Positions 59,489 through 64,000 of a stretch of 64,000 nucleotides of DNA are shown piece after piece. Position 1 is the stretch's first letter; every line of letters starts with the position of its first letter. The notes beneath the pieces were generated by a model, which did no database searches, was not told the DNA's origin, and saw only the letters and a list, made by a program, of their open reading frames with translations. The DNA comes from Candidatus Shapirobacteria bacterium. GTDB taxonomy: Bacteria; Patescibacteriota; Microgenomatia; UBA12405. Position numbers and translations under genes: made by a program. The stretch spans positions 64,693 through 128,692 of the forward strand of contig JAQWFB010000002.1 in NCBI GenBank assembly GCA_028704635.1. The letters run 5' to 3'.

Positions 59489-60988
59489 ATGGCCCAACAA
59501 TTTACTCAAGAACAAATTGAAAAACTTAAAAGTCTCGGCATCGAAGTCGACTCAAAAGACGTCATTACCAGCGAAAACCAACTCGCCGACCTAACCACCC
59601 CTCAGCCAACTGAAACACCAAATCTCCCTCCCTTACCAAAAGAAGAAGTTAATTCGAATCCCACCCAACCAGAAAGTCTCCCTGTCAAGGGAGATGTCGA
59701 TTTATCGACAGAGGGTTTTAAACCAGAAACCGACAGTTTTAAACAACCAATGGTAGAAGTTGAACCAACCGAACCCGAAGAAAATTCCCCCTCCTTGTCA
59801 AGGGAGGGGTTAGGGGTGGGTTTAACCCAACCTGAAAGTCTCCCTGTCAAGGGAGATGTCGATTTATCGACAGAGGGTTTTAAACCAAAGGAAGATCCCA
59901 ACCAAAAAAAGATCCCCACCGTTTTCCCTCTTCTCTCCATTTCCGGCCTCACTCTTCTTTCCTTCGGCGGTCTTGTTCTTTTAAAAGGTTCTGGAACACA
60001 AAATGATTTACCCCCTCAAAATACTTCTGCAAAAAACAATCCTGCTTTGCAGGACATCACCCCAACACAAGTACCTAAATCTATCCAACATTATCTTTTA
60101 ACATCACAACAATACTTTAGCCAAGCTGTTTCTCAACAGTCAACTGATAATTCAGCCTCTGTCGAATCACTCAATAATTCAATTATAGCCGCAACTGAGG
60201 CCATAAAAGAATTTCCAGACGACTATCGTGGCTATCAACAGCGTGGCAACATTTATCAGGCTCTTACTGATTCAAAACCCGAACTTTTAGATCAATCTAT
60301 ATCCGATTTCGCCTCTGCTTTTAAATTAAATTCTCAATCAGCCGAAGTTACCCGTTCCCTCGCCTCTCTTTATGCCAAAAAAGGTGATGCCAACAAAACT
60401 ATTCTCTTTCTAAACCAAACTGTTGCTCTTGAACCAACCAAAGCTCAAAATTTTTATGATCTTGCTAAAATTCAGCAACAAGCCGGTCTTCTTTCCCAAG
60501 CTCTAGATACCTATACTAAACTAACCACCCTGGTCACCGATCCCACCCAAAAAACTCAAGTCGAATCCGAAAAAGCTGCTCTCGAAAAACTGGTTGCTCA
60601 AAATCCAAATTCTTCAAAAACTCCAATCGAGGAAAATCAAACTCTACCTCCCGTCACTGCTCCGTCCTCTCTCGACTCTCCTACTATTCAAGCCATGGGT
60701 GAAGGCGGTCTTATTATTGCCGCTCCCGAAGAGGACAAATCAATTTCTGTCACCAATCAAACCGAGTCTAATTCTCTTTCTGGCACCTCCATTCTTTCTT
60801 CTGGTCAAAAAGAAATTACCATCCCCAACGACAACATTTCTTCTACTTCCCAAGTATACGTCACTATTACAAAAGGTGGCAAAAACCAAAATCTTCAAGT
60901 CATTTCCAAATCAGAAAAATCATTCGTCGTCGGTCTCGACTCCCCCATTTCCGAAGACATCGAATTCAAGTGGTGGATAATTAATTAA
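59489..60988 (+). CDS. Membrane-anchored TPR protein with a C-terminal domain shared with the giant protein
   Basis: Low-complexity N-terminus with in-frame palindromes, TM, TPRs (AIKEFPDDYRGYQQRGNIY..), C-terminal ..IEFKWWIIN. Confidence 0.8.
   Translation: MAQQFTQEQIEKLKSLGIEVDSKDVITSENQLADLTTPQPTETPNLPPLPKEEVNSNPTQPESLPVKGDVDLSTEGFKPETDSFKQPMVEVEPTEPEENSPSLSREGLGVGLTQPESLPVKGDVDLSTEGFKPKEDPNQKKIPTVFPLLSISGLTLLSFGGLVLLKGSGTQNDLPPQNTSAKNNPALQDITPTQVPKSIQHYLLTSQQYFSQAVSQQSTDNSASVESLNNSIIAATEAIKEFPDDYRGYQQRGNIYQALTDSKPELLDQSISDFASAFKLNSQSAEVTRSLASLYAKKGDANKTILFLNQTVALEPTKAQNFYDLAKIQQQAGLLSQALDTYTKLTTLVTDPTQKTQVESEKAALEKLVAQNPNSSKTPIEENQTLPPVTAPSSLDSPTIQAMGEGGLIIAAPEEDKSISVTNQTESNSLSGTSILSSGQKEITIPNDNISSTSQVYVTITKGGKNQNLQVISKSEKSFVVGLDSPISEDIEFKWWIIN
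59676..59881 (+). repeat. Three in-frame family-2 palindromes (59676, 59787, 59838)
   Basis: gtctccctgtcaagggagatgtcgatttatcgacagagggtttt occurs twice (ESLPVKGDVDLSTEGFKP), plus cccctccttgtcaagggagggg. Confidence 0.85.
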
Positions 60989-60991
60989 TTT

Positions 60992-61496
60992 AAAACCCTC
61001 CGTCTCTCGCAAGCTCGATCCACCTCCCTTGACAGGAAGGCTTTAAATCTCAATAATTATTTGTGAGAGATATTACATGTGTTGAAATAATGACTCAAAA
61101 GGGAAACTTAAAATATCTAGAACAATTAAGATGGGCAGCCAAAATAAATAGACATAAAATGACTAAAGGTGAATCAAAGATTTGGTATGAATTCTTAAAA
61201 AATAGACCAATGAATTATAAATTTACCAGACAAAAACCATTGGATAGATTTATTTTAGATTTTTATTGTTCTGAATTATTATTAGTAATTGAAATTAATG
61301 GTGGATATCATATTAAAAAACAAGAACAGGATTCAAAGAGAGATAAATTTTTAAATTGTTTAAATATTAAAACCATAAGATTTAAAAATGAAGAAATATT
61401 AAATAATTTAGAAAAAGTTAAAAATGAAATAATAAAAAATATCCAAGAAAGAAAAGCCTCCCTGTCAAGGGAGGTGCCCAAAGGGCGGAGGGTTTT
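60992..61496. mobile_element. Putative DUF559 element bounded by inverted family-2 palindromes
   Basis: Left copy 60992-61041 (- orientation) and right copy 61456-61496 (+ orientation) bracket the DUF559 ORF. Confidence 0.55.
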
Positions 61497-61509
61497 AAAC
61501 AATAAATAA
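61063..61509 (+). CDS. DUF559 / Vsr-like endonuclease domain protein
   Basis: AAKINRHKMTKGESKIW, KFTRQKPLDRFILDFYC, EINGGYH, DSKRDKFL; paralog of 20462..20866. Confidence 0.88.
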   Translation: MRDITCVEIMTQKGNLKYLEQLRWAAKINRHKMTKGESKIWYEFLKNRPMNYKFTRQKPLDRFILDFYCSELLLVIEINGGYHIKKQEQDSKRDKFLNCLNIKTIRFKNEEILNNLEKVKNEIIKNIQERKASLSREVPKGRRVLNNK

Positions 61510-61631
61510 TTCCTTATTCTAAGGGATCAGTTCCCCGCTAACACGAAGAATATAGTAATTCTGGATCAAGTGAGGTGTATTCCGATAAAATCGGAAGACG
61601 GAGGGTTTTAAAATAAAAGAGTTTCCAAACC

Positions 61632-61655
61632 AAAAACCTCCCTTTCGGGAGGTTT
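61632..61655 (-). terminator. Rho-independent terminator for the 61731..63887 gene
   Basis: On the - strand: aaacctccc-gaaa-gggaggttttt. Confidence 0.65.
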
Positions 61656-61730
61656 AAAAATTTTTTAATTTCTCTCCTTGTTAAGGAGAGAATCCGGTTT
61701 ATCCGGAGAGAGGTTTTAAATTGAGTGGTT

Positions 61731-63887
61731 TTAAGGAGCCGGTGCAACAGTAGGTTCAGCCACTGGTTGTGATTCTAATTGACTAGCTGGCACATCCACC
61801 TTTTCTTCACTCCCCACATTTGTAGCTGCCCCTTGTACTTGTCCTTCTGTTGGTGCCTTTTGCTGTTCCACAGGTTGTGCTTGTTGCATTTGTTCCACAG
61901 GTGGCACTACCTGTTGTTGAACCGGTTGTGTCTGTGTTTGCTCTTTTGAACCTGTTTGACCTTGAGCTGCCGCTGCCTTAGCCGCTTCAGCTTGTTGTTG
62001 AGCCTGTTGTTCAGTCAATTTTGCCAACTCTGCTTTCCAAGTCTCCAACTCTTTTGAAGCCGTGGTGTAATCTGATGAATCAGCTGGTACTAAAGCCAAA
62101 GCTTTTTCTAGTCTAGTCACCGCCGCACCAATCTTATTTTGTTGCTTAGCAGCATATGCCCAGTTATACCAAGCGTTGGCAAAATCAGCTTTACTTGTTG
62201 CCGCTTGCTCAAAAGCTCTCTCTGCTTGTTCATAGCTACCAGCTGCATAAAGTAATCCCCCCATATCTAAATAATAAGTTGGATTAACTGCATCTAAAAT
62301 CACTGTTTGCTGATAAGCCTGATAACTCCAATCAGCCGCTCCATCCACTAATCCCACCAAGGTTTTATAAATTCCTGCCAAATTATACCAATACTCTGGA
62401 TTCTTTTGATTCAATGAAACCGCTGCCTTTGCCTCTCGCACTGCTTGTTGTACTAAAGTTGAAGCTTTTGTCTTATCGTCATCACTAATATCTGATTTGC
62501 TTAATAAAGCCTGTGCTAAAGATAGATTTACTTGAGAATAGGTTTTTCGATAACTTGCTAAATTTGGGTTAAGTCCAATCGCCTTAATTTGTAATTCATA
62601 AGTATTAGTTCCATCATTCTTTGCTGCTGCCACCAATGACTTTCTCATATAAAAATCACCTAAAAATATTCTCGTTGTCCAAAAACCTCCAAACCCTACT
62701 CCAGCCAAAACCAATACTGTCACCACATAAGGCATCACATTAAAATTATTTTCACCCACATTCAAAACCAGTCTAGTCTCTTTGGTTGCAAGAATATTAT
62801 TCGATAAAATCCACACTAATAAAAATACTGTCACTAAATCTAATGGCAATAATAAAGTTATAGCCAAAAATAAGGCCAATTGTCCAACTTTAACCGTCCT
62901 CTTTAATCTCAAAACCATTGTTATTAAATAGAAAACCAAAACCAAACCTATCACTCCCAATTCAGTCCAAATTTGCAAAATCCCCATTGAAGAAGATGAA
63001 AATGATCCCGACCAAAAACTTGTCAAATTAAAACTGGCTGGTCTGAATGAATTAAAAGCTTCCAAAAAATTACCAATTCCCACTCCAAAAATTGGATATA
63101 TTTTAAAAGTTTCCGCTGCAATTATCCACGCACTTTTAAAATCTAAAAATATCCATCCGGCTTTAAAAACTCTATAAACGTCTAGTAAAAATAAAAGTGA
63201 GAAAAATATTGTCGCCCCTGCTTCCACCCAATAATCTTTTACATCAGATTTTTCTTTTACCTTCTTCAATAATCCTTTCAACCATCCAAAAATCAAGAAA
63301 AGGAATAAAGTCGCCTCAGCTAAAACTGAACCAGTCAAAGACCATGCCGCATTAATTGACAATAATGGATCAGTTTTTGGGATCAATAATGGTAATTTAC
63401 TTGCTGGCAACAAAAAAACGACTAATGAAACAATTCCTGAAATTAATCCTGCAATTGTCAAAAACAAAAATTGCTTTTTAGTTTCTTCCTTATCATTAAC
63501 CTGAAGCCACACAAAAAACAAAATGAAAAATGAAATTACTGTTCCCATTCCCATTGGATTCATTAAAGACATCATCTTTGACCCAGCATCAAGTCTAAAA
63601 AATGTCACCCCCGACCAAATCACAAAAATTAAAAACAACCATAAAAACTTATTTGTCTTTACTATCTTTTCTTTGTCAGTTACTAATTTAACAGTCCATA
63701 AAATCAACACCACAAAAGCTAAAACCGCCAAAGCTAAATTTTTTCCAAAACCAAATCCATCCAGCACAATCGGAATAAAAATGATTGGGAAAATTAAAAA
63801 AATCGATCGGACAAAATATTTGAGAATGGTGTTCATAGACTCAGCATAACAAAAGCATTTTTTTTTGACAATCATCAAAACGGTCAT
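61731..63887 (-). CDS. O-antigen ligase (Wzy_C)-like multi-TM protein with C-terminal TPRs (likely start at 63836)
   Basis: About 12 TMs; W..A...F..YPIFGVGIGNF and LQIWTELGVIG motifs; TPR repeats; Q/P-rich tail. Confidence 0.75.
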   Translation of the reverse strand: MTVLMIVKKKCFCYAESMNTILKYFVRSIFLIFPIIFIPIVLDGFGFGKNLALAVLAFVVLILWTVKLVTDKEKIVKTNKFLWLFLIFVIWSGVTFFRLDAGSKMMSLMNPMGMGTVISFFILFFVWLQVNDKEETKKQFLFLTIAGLISGIVSLVVFLLPASKLPLLIPKTDPLLSINAAWSLTGSVLAEATLFLFLIFGWLKGLLKKVKEKSDVKDYWVEAGATIFFSLLFLLDVYRVFKAGWIFLDFKSAWIIAAETFKIYPIFGVGIGNFLEAFNSFRPASFNLTSFWSGSFSSSSMGILQIWTELGVIGLVLVFYLITMVLRLKRTVKVGQLALFLAITLLLPLDLVTVFLLVWILSNNILATKETRLVLNVGENNFNVMPYVVTVLVLAGVGFGGFWTTRIFLGDFYMRKSLVAAAKNDGTNTYELQIKAIGLNPNLASYRKTYSQVNLSLAQALLSKSDISDDDKTKASTLVQQAVREAKAAVSLNQKNPEYWYNLAGIYKTLVGLVDGAADWSYQAYQQTVILDAVNPTYYLDMGGLLYAAGSYEQAERAFEQAATSKADFANAWYNWAYAAKQQNKIGAAVTRLEKALALVPADSSDYTTASKELETWKAELAKLTEQQAQQQAEAAKAAAAQGQTGSKEQTQTQPVQQQVVPPVEQMQQAQPVEQQKAPTEGQVQGAATNVGSEEKVDVPASQLESQPVAEPTVAPAP

Positions 63888-63918
63888 TTCCCCGCATTTT
63901 TATCGCTTATGGTTTTTT

Positions 63919-64000
63919 GTAGAGACGTTCTGCAGAACGTCTCTACTGATAAAAATTAAGCCTCCCTGTCAAGGGAGGTGCCCGAAGGGCGGAGGGTTTT
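63919..64000. repeat. GTAG REP (63919-63946) plus a family-2 palindrome (63960-64000)
   Basis: gtagagacgttctgcagaacgtctctac; gcctccctgtcaagggaggtgcccgaagggcggagggttt. Confidence 0.85.

Overview
AT-rich bacterial chromosome segment. It uses the standard code (TGA is a stop), and the + strand is C>G skewed throughout. Gene content suggests a Patescibacteria/CPR (Microgenomates-like) genome; this is inference. 1-18 kb is housekeeping: ruvB-ruvA-ruvC, murB, TagA/WecG glycosyltransferase, mreB, a short UvrA-like ATPase, tRNA-Pro(CGG), tRNA-Arg(CCT), M16 peptidase, leuS, a class A beta-lactamase-fold protein and comEA with a split comEC. 18-64 kb is a large cell-surface locus. It holds two pilin/WxL-like + DUF916-like gene pairs, Ig-like proteins, two paralogous DUF2341 + 6xLamG proteins and an O-antigen-ligase-like/TPR protein. 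It also holds an operon in which tyrosine-recombinase core-binding (SAM-like) domains with no catalytic domain lead into a 6107-aa membrane-anchored, phage-tail-fibre-like protein, followed by a TPR protein with the same C-terminal 'WWIIN' domain. Unannotated signals found by reading the DNA: (1) a pair of small RNA genes at 38.5-38.75 kb, each with its own sigma70 promoter: a 70-nt tRNA-like RNA with a G3:U70 Ala acceptor stem and a ~75-nt sRNA that can pair over 18 nt with its anticodon-like arm; (2) a recombinase core-binding domain split across two in-frame ORFs by a single TGA inside a palindromic repeat; (3) two palindromic repeat families, GTAG-type REPs with a RAYT transposase and a CTCCCTGTCAAGGGAG family flanking DUF559 genes, both inserting in frame into proteins; (4) recurring CIRCE-like TTAGCA-N14/15-TGCTAA motifs and a diverged noncoding duplication; (5) a frameshifted RelE-type toxin. 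No database searches were run, so family calls come from recognising motifs.
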